This document shows, piece after piece, positions 40,856 to 50,817 of a DNA stretch of 64,000 bases (position 1 is the stretch's first letter; the number at the start of each line of letters is the position of its first letter). Both the position numbers and the translations under genes were made by a program. Under the pieces are notes generated by a model. The model searched no databases. It saw only the letters and a program-made list of their open reading frames with translations, and had not been told where the DNA came from. This DNA is from an uncultured delta proteobacterium. Lineage in GTDB: Bacteria > Desulfobacterota > Binatia > UBA9968. The stretch lies in NCBI GenBank assembly GCA_963847445.1, contig CAWJZV010000022.1, positions 11,205-75,204 on the forward strand, read 5' to 3'.

Positions 40856-41440
40856 CTATTTGATCTCGTAAGGAATGTTGGTCGGTCCTTCGATTTGCCG
40901 GTACAGGTTGCCTTCCATGCTGTAGCTGCCCTGCAAGCACTTTGCCGGCCACCCGCTCGGAGCGCAGGATCACGGCCACCGAGCGCGTCGGGCCGCCTTG
41001 CTCGGCATGGATGTCGAAGGGCGGCACGAGGTCGACTTTGCCAGCGTTGCCTTCGGTGACGCTTTCCAGTTCCAGCTTGGCGTAGCCTGCTTTCGAGCGG
41101 TCGTCGACCCGGCGAAAGCGCTCCAGGCTCTCCGTGCCGTCGAGGACGCCGTAGGCGGTCCAGGCGTGGGCATGATCGTGGATGCTGCCTTTGCGCCCTG
41201 GATTACGCGACGACACCGTTGATGGCGAAGCCGCATTCCTCGTCTTCGTGAAACAGCAGATTCTTCCTGCCTTCGGTGGACGGCCATGACTTCGATGCTT
41301 GGCGCAAGCGAATCGTCTTTGACCAATCCTTCGAGCAGCTTCTGGCCTCTCTTCATGCGCGCTTCGGTGTCGGGCAGTTCTTTCCAGGCCGCGCGCAAAT
41401 CTTCGATGAACTTTTCAAAAGCCGGTATGTGTTTACTCAT
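40856..41440 (-). CDS. Cysteine/thiol dioxygenase-like cupin, tandem paralog (several frameshifts)
   Basis: Colinear with 40147-40741: PAFEKFI, IHDHAHAWTAYG, PPFDIHAEQGG. Confidence 0.7.
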
Positions 41441-41455
41441 GGTCTCCCCCTCATC

Positions 41456-41625
41456 GGAAATATCTCTCGCCAAGGCGCAAAGGCGCCAAGTTCGAAATCG
41501 TTGTCATTTCGACCCCTCGAACAGGGTAGACGGAGAATCTCTCTTAGATCCCTCGCCTTCGCTCGGGATGACGGGCCTTGGCCCGTCACCTTTGCGGTCG
41601 TAGCGTCTTTGCGGGACAAATACCG
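41456..41625. repeat. MITE/REP-like family A (opposite orientation to 34923)
   Basis: Shared GTTGTCATTTCGA...TAGATCCCTCGC...GTCAC core and CGC(A/C)AAGGCGC arms. Confidence 0.85.
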
Positions 41626-41708
41626 AGTCTTGATTGCAGCCACGCCGGCTGTTTCTTGTGTGGTGTATCTTCCTTCATGCCAGAAACCAATAAGTCGTAA
41701 ACTTGGCG

Positions 41709-42681
41709 CTATTTAATCATCTCTCGCCGGACTTCTTCAAGCGGTCGGAAGTCGACGATCTTGTTAATCGGAATATCGCCGATGGTTTTGTCGGCGCGTT
41801 GAAACTGGCTCGATATGGACTTTCAATCCGGCGTTGCTGGCAGCGCCGTCTTTACTGAACGACTTCGCCAGCGATGCGTAGGACTCCCTGGCGGTGGCGC
41901 TATCGACACGCCATTCCCGTTCGAGGATCTGGATCGTGTCGTCGCCACGTTCGCGGGCGAAGGTGAGACCGCGGTAGAGCGCGCGCAGCAAGCGCTTGGT
42001 CAGATCGCGCTTGTCGTTCAACTGGCGCTCGGTGGTGGAGAAGCCGTTGCTCGGAAATTCGATGGCATCGCCGAGGAAAAGCAGCTCGCGAAAACCTTTC
42101 TGTTTCAGCAGCACGTTGTCCGGCGGCACGACGACGGTGGCGTCGACCGAGCCGGCGCTGAGCGCGGCAACCCGCGTGCCGGGAAGTCCGATCATGATCA
42201 GAACGGCGTCGCGCTGGGCGTCCATGGCTTCGCGATTAAACGCGATCTTGGTGGCCAATTCGATGGTGTCGCCGAAGCGGACGATGCCGATGTATTTGCC
42301 GCGCAGTTCTTGAATCGATTTGAACTGCGGCTTGGCCATCAAGAAATAATTGGGCCGCGATGCGCCAAAAAAGATCGTCTTGATCGGCGCGCCTCTGGCG
42401 GCCAGGCGCAGCGCCGAGTCGGCGACGCCGTGATAGTCGACTTCGCCGGAAAGCAGCGCATTATGCGCCAGTTGCGGCAGCATCATCGGCGTCTCGATCT
42501 CGATGTTCTCGTCTTTGAAGAAACCGCGATGGCTGGCGACGAAGAGCGGCAGATAGCCCATCGACTTCGCCGGCAGCGCGAGTTTGACGCGGTCAGCGGC
42601 GATGAGTGAAGAACTCCAGCTGGCGGCGAATAGGATGAGAGCCAAGCTGATAGTTGGCGCTAGCAATTTTAATTTACTCAC
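41709..42681 (-). CDS. NMT1/SsuA-like ABC substrate-binding protein (3' frameshift)
   Basis: YLPLFVASHRGFFKDENIE, ELRGKYIG. Confidence 0.85.
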
Positions 42682-42760
42682 TGTCGATAGTCCTCGAACC
42701 CGTCATCCATCGGATTAAACTGAGGCGTTGCAAAAACATCGGCTCGAAGTCGACTCCCAT

Positions 42761-42852
42761 TCCGTCATTCCGGCGTTATCGTCACGCCGGTGAAAACCGG
42801 GGTCCATCCCCATCCCCTTAACCTGGATACCGTTTTCCAACGGTATGACGGA
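42761..42852. repeat. GTCATTCCGGCG-type REP palindrome
   Basis: ccgtcattccggcg...ctggataccgttttccaacggtatgacgg; similar element at ~61537-61618. Confidence 0.7.
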
Positions 42853-42967
42853 CGCTGTCCGTCACCTGGATACCCCGGAGTTTTCCTGAGCCAAGTCGCA
42901 GCGCGGGCATGACGGACTTTCACCTCGGCCTGAATCGCAAGGGATTTTAATCATTCCGACAGAAGCG

Positions 42968-43403
42968 TTACGATTCTTGCCGCGCCCGCGCTTTCTTCTC
43001 TTCCGGCGCTTTGATCTTGTCAAGTTGTCTTGCGCAAAGTCACCATGGCCGACTTCTCTGTCGGTCATGCTGAAGCGCGGATTGCCGGCCGGCTCGGCGC
43101 GGGCGCCGAGGAGGATCATGTATTCGTCGCCGGTGTTGTCGAGCTGATAGAGCTGGCCGGCGGGAATCGTCACCAGCATCCCCGGATTGAGCGCACGCGA
43201 CGGCCGTCGGGAAAATGAAATGTGCACTGGCCTTGGACGCAGTAAAACTGCTGGTCGGCGGTGTGCTTGTGCATCGGCCCCTTGGTGCCCGGATAGTCGC
43301 CATGCACCCAGGTGTGAAATTGGTCCGAGGTGAACAGCACCTTTTTGCTGTGACCGATCTCCAGTTCGGGTTCCTTCATTATATCGATGAATTCAGCAGC
43401 CAT
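42968..43403 (-). CDS. Cupin domain protein (frameshifted)
   Basis: PMHKHTADQQFYCVQG ... IPAGQLYQLDNTG. Confidence 0.75.
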
Positions 43404-43440
43404 ATTCCTTCTCCTTTGCTGGTTTTTTTGACGCTATCTC

Positions 43441-44022
43441 TTAACGCATTGATTCAGACTTTTTGCCTTGGCGAAACTTCTCCCACGCGGCGATGCCGGC
43501 TTTGACCGCGCGGACGTCGCCGTCGCCGCGGTGGCCGGCGCTGCCGACGGCGCCGACGATGACGTTGTCGACGATCAGCGGAAAGCCGCCGGGGATTAAA
43601 ATGATCTGTCCTTCCATCAGGCTGAGCGCGCTGTGGAAACGTTGCGGATTGGTTTTGATCTGATCGCCGGATTCAGCGGTGGACTGTTGCAGCGTGACGG
43701 CGCCCAGCGCTTTGCCGATGGCGAACTTGACCCAAAAGCCCGAGGTGCCGTCCATGGAGTCGAGCGAAACCAGGTTGCCGTTGAAGTCGACCACGGCGAT
43801 GGCGGCGCGGCCGTTTTCGGCTTTCACCACGGCTTTCGCCGCTTCGACGATGACGCGCGCTTCGTCCAACGGCAGCGCGGTGGGCACGCGGATCAGCGGG
43901 CGCGCCGCGCGATCGGTTGCCGGCGCCGGCTCGCTTTTTCTTGGGCGTGAACGACTAGACCATGACACTGGCGATTAACGCCGATCCACAAGGGCGGCGA
44001 TTAAGATTGCTGAGCGTTTCAT
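43441..44022 (-). CDS. GlcG/HbpS-like heme-binding protein, probably exported (5' frameshifts)
   Basis: AIAVVDFNGNLV..MDG, AIGKA, GGFPL, VGAVGSAG. Confidence 0.8.
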
Positions 44023-44040
44023 GATTCTCGTCCTTCGTAA

Positions 44041-45591
44041 TCATTTCGCCGCTTGCGCGGCGGCGCGCGCAGCTGCAATCGATCGCACTGTCGCCGTGGA
44101 TGCCGACGATGGTGCACGACGTCAAGATTCAACTTGTCGAGGGCCGGGACAAATTCTTTAACTGCCGCGCGCCGGTCGCACTTCGCCGTTGCGCGGGCTG
44201 ATGTGATCGGCCTCGATAATAATTTTCTCAGCCGGTAAGTAAATGACGACCAGGTCTTCGGCGTGCGGCAAGGGCAGGGGATGGACCTCGACGCGGCGCT
44301 GGCCGTCGGTGAGGATGCGCGGGCCGCCGCCGAAGGCTTCGATGACGACGCCGGTGGGCTGCTTCGCCAAGCTGTCCGGTTTGCGCGTATGCGGCGCTAT
44401 GGCGACGCGGCGATAAAACTCTTTGGCGGCGAAGGGAACGACGAGGGTCGCGCCGGTGGCCATGAAGGCGCGGATGCCGCCGGCATGGTCGAGGTGGTGA
44501 TGGGTCGGGATCACGTAGCGAATCGGCTTGTTGGGAAATTTGTCTTTGATCGATTGCACCACGGGCGCGGTGCGTTGGTCGTAGAGCGGTCCCTCGATGG
44601 CGATCAGATGATCGCCCATCTCGACCACGATGGTAGCGTGGCCGACGCCTTGGATTTTGTGAACGCCATCGGCCAGGCGATGCCATTCAACCGACGGTGG
44701 CCGGCCGAAATCCAAGTAGCTGACGTTGCCGGCGATGCGGCGCAGTATCCATTGGGAAGCGAGCGGTTTGGCGTCGGTCTTTTCATTACGGGCTTCTGGC
44801 GCGATGGCAAATGGGTCGGCAGCGAAGGTGACGATTATGCTGGATGGATTTGATCTGTTCCTCTTGCAGAGGCTTTGCCGTTGAGTTCGGTGCGCAGACT
44901 GAACGGCAGCATCACCGCGCCGCTCTTGCGCCAATCGCCGTAGCGCAAAACATAGCTGCTGTCGCCTTCGAGCGGATCGTCTTCGAGTATGTCGACCTGG
45001 GTGGGCAAATGGGTCTTGGCGTCGATGTAAAGATGAAACTCGTCGTGATTGTCGATGAAACTCAAAACATAGTTGCGTTGGCCATTCACCTCCGCGTCGG
45101 CGCGTCGGCGCAGTGAGCTGTGGCTTGCCGCCGTAAGCAATATTTTTACCGGTGCGCGCTTTTCCTCGCGCAGGCGGGTGGCCAAGCCTGCCGGGGTGCA
45201 GGCGAGTGGTCTTGGCCGGGTCCGCCGCGCCTTCGCGCAGCGATCCGATGCCGCCGTCGATGACTTCGACGAAGCGGATACTCTGATTGCGCGCAGCGTT
45301 GCCGCCGTCCCATTCCAGGCGCAGACGCGGCTGGGTCAGGTCGCGGGTGAGAGTGTAGCGGAAGGTGCTGATCTGCCGGGTCGGGCCGAGCGGTTGCGGT
45401 GTCGACGACGAGTCGAATTGCTTGCCTTCGCTCTCGATGACTTCATTCTTCAGCGCGCGCAGAGCGTTTATGCCGCCCATCGCTTTGGCGGCCTGGTCGA
45501 CGATCGCTTTGGCCGATTGGGCTTGAACGGCGGTTGCTGGAATGGTGAGAGCGACCAATGTCCAGCCGACGCTTAACATTTTGCCGATCAT
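44041..45591 (-). CDS. Exported MBL-fold metallo-hydrolase (several frameshifts)
   Basis: Signal peptide; KPIRYVIPTHHHLDHAGG; PHAED; YLPAEK. Confidence 0.8.
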
Positions 45592-45599
45592 GGTCTCTC

Positions 45600-46483
45600 C
45601 TAACGCAGCTGGTCGAATTTCCGCTGCGATACCTCTTCGCTGCCAAGATCGTTGCGAAAATCGTAAAGCGACGCTTCCCAAGAACCGTACATCGGATTGG
45701 GCAGCATGAACCACTTGGTGCCCCATGTGTTGTGTTTAACCGCTGCGGCAGTACGTTGCGCCGGCGGGGTGCGGTACTCGGAGATGAAATCGGCCAGGTC
45801 GTCACCAAATAGCATGAGCACCCGGTAGGACTGGGCGATGTAGCGGCGCCGGCTCTCCTTGTCGCTGCCCCAGTCCGCCCGCTCGTCCGCGGCAAAGCAC
45901 GGTGTCTAAATCGCTCGGTAGTTTGACTCCGATGGTGGCGAGATTGACGCCGGGTGGCCGCCTCGGTGGGATGATCGCGATTGGTGACGAAAAATATCGT
46001 CACGCCGCGCGCTTGCGCAGCGGCAATGAATTCAAGCGCACCGGGAACCGCCGCGGGTTGGTTGCGCGTTTGCCATTCGCGCCAGGGGCGGCTCGAAAAG
46101 CGCGCGTTGCTGCGCGCCAACTGACTTTGGAAGGCGCCGGTGTCGATCACGGTTTCGTCGATATCCATGATTACCGCCGGGGGCAGCTTTTGATAATTAT
46201 CCTTCTGCGCCGACAGGGCGGTCCAGTTGGGATCGGCGAGGGCGCGCTCCAAGTGCGTCTGGGCGGTGGCGTAAATCATTTGAGCAAGCACGCGATATTC
46301 GGCTGAAGTGGTTTGCCATAGGATCGCGTCGAGCCGGTTGTCGGCTCGGCTTGGCGTTTCATTCTGCCGCGAGTTAGACGATGTCGCCGTACAGCCCGCG
46401 ACAGTACTCAGGATCACCAACAGATATAGCAGAGGCCTGGCGGCGGAGTGATGACCTGTTCGTGAGGCCGATGGCATCATCAT
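45600..46483 (-). CDS. 5'-nucleotidase / class C acid phosphatase lipoprotein e(P4) family (frameshifted)
   Basis: Lipobox VAGC, DIDETVID, FVTNR, GDDLADF, LPNPMYGSWE. Confidence 0.85.
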
Positions 46484-46494
46484 GGGCGAGCTTT

Positions 46495-47565
46495 CTAATA
46501 AGACGCCGAGCGCCGTTCGATTACGGGAATGATTTCCTGGCAGATCAAATCGATGGCTTCGTCCCAGTTCGGTCCCAACGGCGAAGCCATGTCAACGATA
46601 TCGAAGCCGTGCGGTTTGGCGGCGCGCAGCATTTCATCGATGCCATCGATGCATTCGGCCGGGGTGCCGGCGATCACCGTGCCGACCTGTGTCAGGAGAT
46701 CGTCGCTGATCAACTCCATCATCTCGTCCACCGCCTTGCCCGAACGATGAGCGGCGGCGACCGCGTCGGCGGTTGCTGCAGGGACGGGTAGCTTCAGCAT
46801 GCGCTGCTTGAGCATATGGCCTTGGATGAGCGCGCCGGCAGCCATGCGTTTGGCGTGACGTTTTGCCGCTGGGCCATCGCGGGACACAGAGATATGCAGG
46901 TGCAAAACCTTGGTGAACTTTCGCCCGTCGTTACGGGCGCGCCGGGCTTTTTCCAACTCCGCCATCGCCAGGTCGATGGCGCCCTGACGAACCAGCGCGG
47001 TTGGGAAAGAAAGATTGCTGACGATCAATCCGTCGCCGATGTCCCAGGCCATCTTGAGCATCTGCGGTCCGGCAGCGGCGACGAAAATCTCCGGCACCCG
47101 AACCGGCGGTAGCCGGAGAAACCCTTCGGCATTGGAATCGAGGCGGAAGAACTCGGCGAGACGGGCAAAAGCGCCGAGCTTGACTGTCTTGCCGGCAAAC
47201 ATTTCGCGCAAGAACAAGATCGTTTCCCGCGCCATGGCGACGCGCTTGGTCTTGCGGATCATGTTCGACGACGGCGAACCGGCGCCGATGCCGACGGTGA
47301 TGCCGCGATCGCCGGCGAGGTGCGCCAGCGCGGCGAAGCTCGAAGCGAGATCCACCGGCGTGCGCGCCCAAGGATGGGTTACCGAAGTGCCGACGTGAGC
47401 ATTGGTTTGACCGATGATCGCCGCCAGGATGACGAAGACGTTTTCGTAAGTCAGGTGATCGGGCACCCAAATTTTATCGAAATCGTACAGGTCCATGGCT
47501 TTCTTGGCGTAGGCCGCCATTTCCGGGGCAATGCAAGGAGGATAGAGTTGGATACCGAAGCGCAT
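46495..47565 (-). CDS. LLM-class flavin (possibly F420)-dependent oxidoreductase
   Basis: WVPDH, GTSVTHPWART, GIGAG, AAAGPQML, IAGTPAEC. Confidence 0.85.
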   Translation of the reverse strand: MRFGIQLYPPCIAPEMAAYAKKAMDLYDFDKIWVPDHLTYENVFVILAAIIGQTNAHVGTSVTHPWARTPVDLASSFAALAHLAGDRGITVGIGAGSPSSNMIRKTKRVAMARETILFLREMFAGKTVKLGAFARLAEFFRLDSNAEGFLRLPPVRVPEIFVAAAGPQMLKMAWDIGDGLIVSNLSFPTALVRQGAIDLAMAELEKARRARNDGRKFTKVLHLHISVSRDGPAAKRHAKRMAAGALIQGHMLKQRMLKLPVPAATADAVAAAHRSGKAVDEMMELISDDLLTQVGTVIAGTPAECIDGIDEMLRAAKPHGFDIVDMASPLGPNWDEAIDLICQEIIPVIERRSASY

Positions 47566-48100
47566 GGTGGTTTGGCCCGAGGCCGTAGGTAACTCTGTAG
47601 CATAAAATTAGGGCTGGGTACTAACTCTTAGCATTCCCAACGACTGCGTCCGATTGCCTGTGCGACAAAAACTTTCCGACGGCGCAAATGATGACGTCGA
47701 AACTGGGAAATTGCCTTAGGCGCCATCCTGGGTGAAGCGATCATGAATCGTTCCCCGGCACTATTCTGACAGGGCGAAGCCATGCGGCGACTTGATGAAG
47801 CGTCGGACCGTGGACCTGCCTGCCCGATTTAACGATCCGGTGGTGCCGTTGCCTATGCGGAAAATTTCGTCAAAAAAATTCGCATAAATTTTACTCTGGC
47901 TGTCAGCGCAACGCCGCCGTGCTCACAGTGAAGGCCGTGGATTTATGCCCCAACAGGCCAGCTCTCAAATGAGATCGTTGCAGAGGGGACACGTTTGCCC
48001 GTGAAACGCGTGTGGAAATTCTGCTCCATTTGATTCCCGCAATAGACAACTCGGACCCGATTGCGACCTGAAATCCCATCGTTCTTGCCCGGAATGCCGC

Positions 48101-48116
48101 TGGCATCATTGCTGCT
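48101..48116 (+). promoter_or_regulatory. Putative sigma54 (-24/-12) promoter
   Basis: TGGCATCATTGCTGCT has GG-N10-GC spacing; predicted TSS (~48127) coincides with the riboswitch 5' end. Confidence 0.6.
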
Positions 48117-48127
48117 CTAACACCAAT

Positions 48128-48204
48128 CGAAGTTGACGCTGTGATCTGAAGTCCCCGACGTGGTCACCATGGGGCTCAGGGAGCGAGTGGTGAAACCGGC
48201 AACT
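48128..48204 (+). ncRNA. c-di-GMP-II-class riboswitch aptamer (copy 1)
   Basis: P1 AGTTG/CAACT, P2 CGC/GCG, K-turn TGTGA...GGAG, P3 CCCC/GGGG, pseudoknot GGTCAC/GTGA-AA-CC. Confidence 0.85.
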
Positions 48205-48224
48205 CAAGGTTGCCGGTTTTTTTT
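48193..48224 (+). terminator. Riboswitch-controlled intrinsic terminator
   Basis: AAACCGGCAAC-TCAAG-GTTGCCGGTTT plus T-tract; overlaps the aptamer 3' strand. Confidence 0.85.
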
Positions 48225-48262
48225 GTTCGGTTTCGGAAATTGTCGAAGGGAGAGTCGAAACG

Positions 48263-48718
48263 ATGTTGCACCACTTGAAGGAAAACAAAGGCCAGAGCGC
48301 AGTGGAGTTCACCTTAGGATTTTTACTTCTCTATACCGTTATCATGGCTGTCGTCGAGTTCTCGCACATGTTTTATACCAAGACCACTCTACAGCACGCG
48401 ATCGCCGAGGCCGGCCGCTACATGATCACCGGCCAAGGGATCGACCATACGGGAACCAACCCCAACGCTCGTCTGCAAAAGGTCCAAGACAAATTCTGCA
48501 ATAATCTGATCGCTACGGGTCTTTCCTGCGCAAATGTTTCCTCCCATCTTACGCTGACCTGTGTCGGTGGTTGCGCGCAGCCGGCCGGCGGTCCAGGTCA
48601 GACCGTAACTCTCACCGCGACGTATTCGAGAGGGTGGTTTACCGGGATGTTCAATCATCTACTGCCCACCATAACTCTTGTCGCCAACACGACCTGGAAA
48701 AACGAAGTCTACATGTAA
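48263..48718 (+). CDS. TadE-like minor pilin
   Basis: Prepilin motif KGQSAVEF, hydrophobic helix, EAGRY. Confidence 0.9.
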   Translation: MLHHLKENKGQSAVEFTLGFLLLYTVIMAVVEFSHMFYTKTTLQHAIAEAGRYMITGQGIDHTGTNPNARLQKVQDKFCNNLIATGLSCANVSSHLTLTCVGGCAQPAGGPGQTVTLTATYSRGWFTGMFNHLLPTITLVANTTWKNEVYM

Positions 48719-48736
48719 CCGACCCAGGAGATCATT

Positions 48737-49399
48737 ATGAGATTCTTACGCAAATACTTGAGTTCAAGAAAAGGTCAAAGCCTGGTCGAGATGACATTTG
48801 GCATCCCGATGTTGATAGGTCTGGGTTTCGGGGTCATCGAGATCGGCAACATGATTAACTCTTATCTGGTGTTAACCCATTTGACCCGTGAAGCCACTAA
48901 CATTGTCTCTCGTCAGCCCGGAGCGAAGGGCTCGACGCAATGGGCGACGAGCGTCAACGCGGATTTGAATGCGGTTATCAGCAAGGCAAGCCCAGTCATT
49001 AACCCAACCGCCAGCGGAGCAAGAGGGCCGAATCAGTATAAGATTTACTATTCCCAGGTCGAGTGGAATCCCACCCCAGGTGTTTGCGGCGGTGATCCCA
49101 TAGCCAATGGCCAGCCGGATAACTACCGGATTCGCCGCAGCAACACGGGTTGGGCCGGCAATGTCACCTGGGAATATGGTTCCCTGAGCCATAATAGCAA
49201 TTTGGGTAATGATGGAGATTGCGCCTACCTGCTTTTGCCTGAGGTCAAAAATCTATCCACACAGGGACTCGTGCTTCATGTCGTTGAAGTTTTCTTTGAT
49301 TACGCCCCGAGTAAGTTAACGCCGGTGGAAGCTTTCATCGGTGCTCTCGCACCCGGAATTTTTTATCGCAGAACGGTTTTCATGGATGTTGTCGGCTAA
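48737..49399 (+). CDS. TadE/TadF-like minor pilin
   Basis: KGQSLVEM, TREAT. Confidence 0.85.
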   Translation: MRFLRKYLSSRKGQSLVEMTFGIPMLIGLGFGVIEIGNMINSYLVLTHLTREATNIVSRQPGAKGSTQWATSVNADLNAVISKASPVINPTASGARGPNQYKIYYSQVEWNPTPGVCGGDPIANGQPDNYRIRRSNTGWAGNVTWEYGSLSHNSNLGNDGDCAYLLLPEVKNLSTQGLVLHVVEVFFDYAPSKLTPVEAFIGALAPGIFYRRTVFMDVVG

Positions 49400-49443
49400 C
49401 CTGGCAGGTCGTGATGTCACGGAGATATGACGAGGAACAAATT

Positions 49444-50664
49444 ATGAAACAGAAAAATGAAAAGGGCCAAGCGCTGGTATTTATCTTGTTATTGTTCGCC
49501 ATACTGCTGTTTATGGTTGGTTTGGCCAGCGACGGCGGGCGGGCGTACTTGGTTAGAGCCTCGATGGCACGAGTCGTCGATGCCGCGGCGATCGCAGCGG
49601 CTGCAAAGATCAATAGCGGCGGACTAACCGCGGCTCAAACCGCTGCCTGCGACTCGGCGCGGATGAACGGTGTCACTAACTGCGCGATTCTTGATGTCAC
49701 CCAGGTGACTACCAACGACGCCGCGGGCAATCCCAAAAGCGGCGTCAAAGTCACGGCCAACGTTGCGACGCCGACTATTTTCGTCGCCGCTGGGAAACTG
49801 CTCGGTTGCACCACTTGCAGTGTAATCAATGTCTCGGTTAGCGCAGTGGCGGCGGGGGGCGGGACTATCGATCTGGCCATGAACCTGGACAATACTGGTT
49901 CCATGTCGGGCTCCAAAATAGCCAATGCTAAGATTGGGGCGAACGCTTTAGTCACGGCATTGATGCCCAGCGGAACTTCATCCACCGCGCTGGTCAGCAT
50001 GGTGCCTTTTCAGGGATGCTACAGAAGCAATACCACCGGCGGCTGCGTGGACATGGACGAGTATCCAACTAGCGGCGGCATGACTGTCTCGCTGACGAGT
50101 GATGCCAGCCGGTTACATAGCGGCATCAACGCTCTTAGCGCGCCAGGCGGTTCCGGAACCAACGTTTGCACTGGGTTAAAAAAAGCGCGGGAGAGATTGT
50201 TCCAGTCTGGGGTCGCGCGGCCTAATAGCCTTAGATATCTAATAATACTCACGGATGCCGAGAATAATTTTATGACAGGTCTCCCAACTGGCAGCGTAGA
50301 TTCGGCATGTGTACCCTCTCCTGCAACGCAAACCAATGCAGCTAACCTAAACCTTGGGGTCAAAACCAACGCGCTAGCCACGCAAATTAAAGATCCTACC
50401 TCCACTGCCGACGGACAAACAGTTGGGCAAATAGTGAAAATTTTCGTAATTATGTACGGTCCCAACGCAACTGGAACCGTTCCGGCCAATTGTAATGTTA
50501 CTGGGTTAAGTAGTGGCACGGTGACAAGCCAAAGTTATACAAAGAACCTCGCGCGCTGCATCGCGTCCTCATCCGGCGATGTTTACTTGGCGCCCAATGA
50601 CACGGATATCAGCGCTGCCTTTCAGCAAATCATCAACCGATTACCGGTGGTCTTGGTTAACTAA
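49444..50664 (+). CDS. TadG-like protein with vWA domain
   Basis: KGQALVF, DAAAIAAA, MIDAS-like LDNTGSM, GTN, ILTD. Confidence 0.9.
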   Translation: MKQKNEKGQALVFILLLFAILLFMVGLASDGGRAYLVRASMARVVDAAAIAAAAKINSGGLTAAQTAACDSARMNGVTNCAILDVTQVTTNDAAGNPKSGVKVTANVATPTIFVAAGKLLGCTTCSVINVSVSAVAAGGGTIDLAMNLDNTGSMSGSKIANAKIGANALVTALMPSGTSSTALVSMVPFQGCYRSNTTGGCVDMDEYPTSGGMTVSLTSDASRLHSGINALSAPGGSGTNVCTGLKKARERLFQSGVARPNSLRYLIILTDAENNFMTGLPTGSVDSACVPSPATQTNAANLNLGVKTNALATQIKDPTSTADGQTVGQIVKIFVIMYGPNATGTVPANCNVTGLSSGTVTSQSYTKNLARCIASSSGDVYLAPNDTDISAAFQQIINRLPVVLVN

Positions 50665-50686
50665 GGATTACTGTAATATCCGATGT

Positions 50687-50760
50687 AGTTGACGCTGTGA
50701 TCTGAAATCCCCGACGTGGTCACCAAGGGGTTCAGGGAGCGAGTGGTGAAACCGGCAACT
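50687..50760 (+). ncRNA. c-di-GMP-II-class riboswitch aptamer (copy 2)
   Basis: Near-identical to copy 1, with compensatory G-C to A-T change in P3. Confidence 0.85.
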
Positions 50761-50781
50761 CAAAGTTGCCGGTTTTTTTTT
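50749..50781 (+). terminator. Riboswitch-controlled intrinsic terminator
   Basis: AAACCGGCAACT-CAA-AGTTGCCGGTTT plus T-tract. Confidence 0.85.
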
Positions 50782-50817
50782 GACAGACCGGCATGACAAC
50801 CGAAAGGAGATTTTGTC

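Noticed and set aside
47700-47830. Cobalamin riboswitch (GGGAA...GACCTGCC)
   Set aside because: Only short matches; the core CCCCGC-ACTGT and GCCACTG elements are missing.
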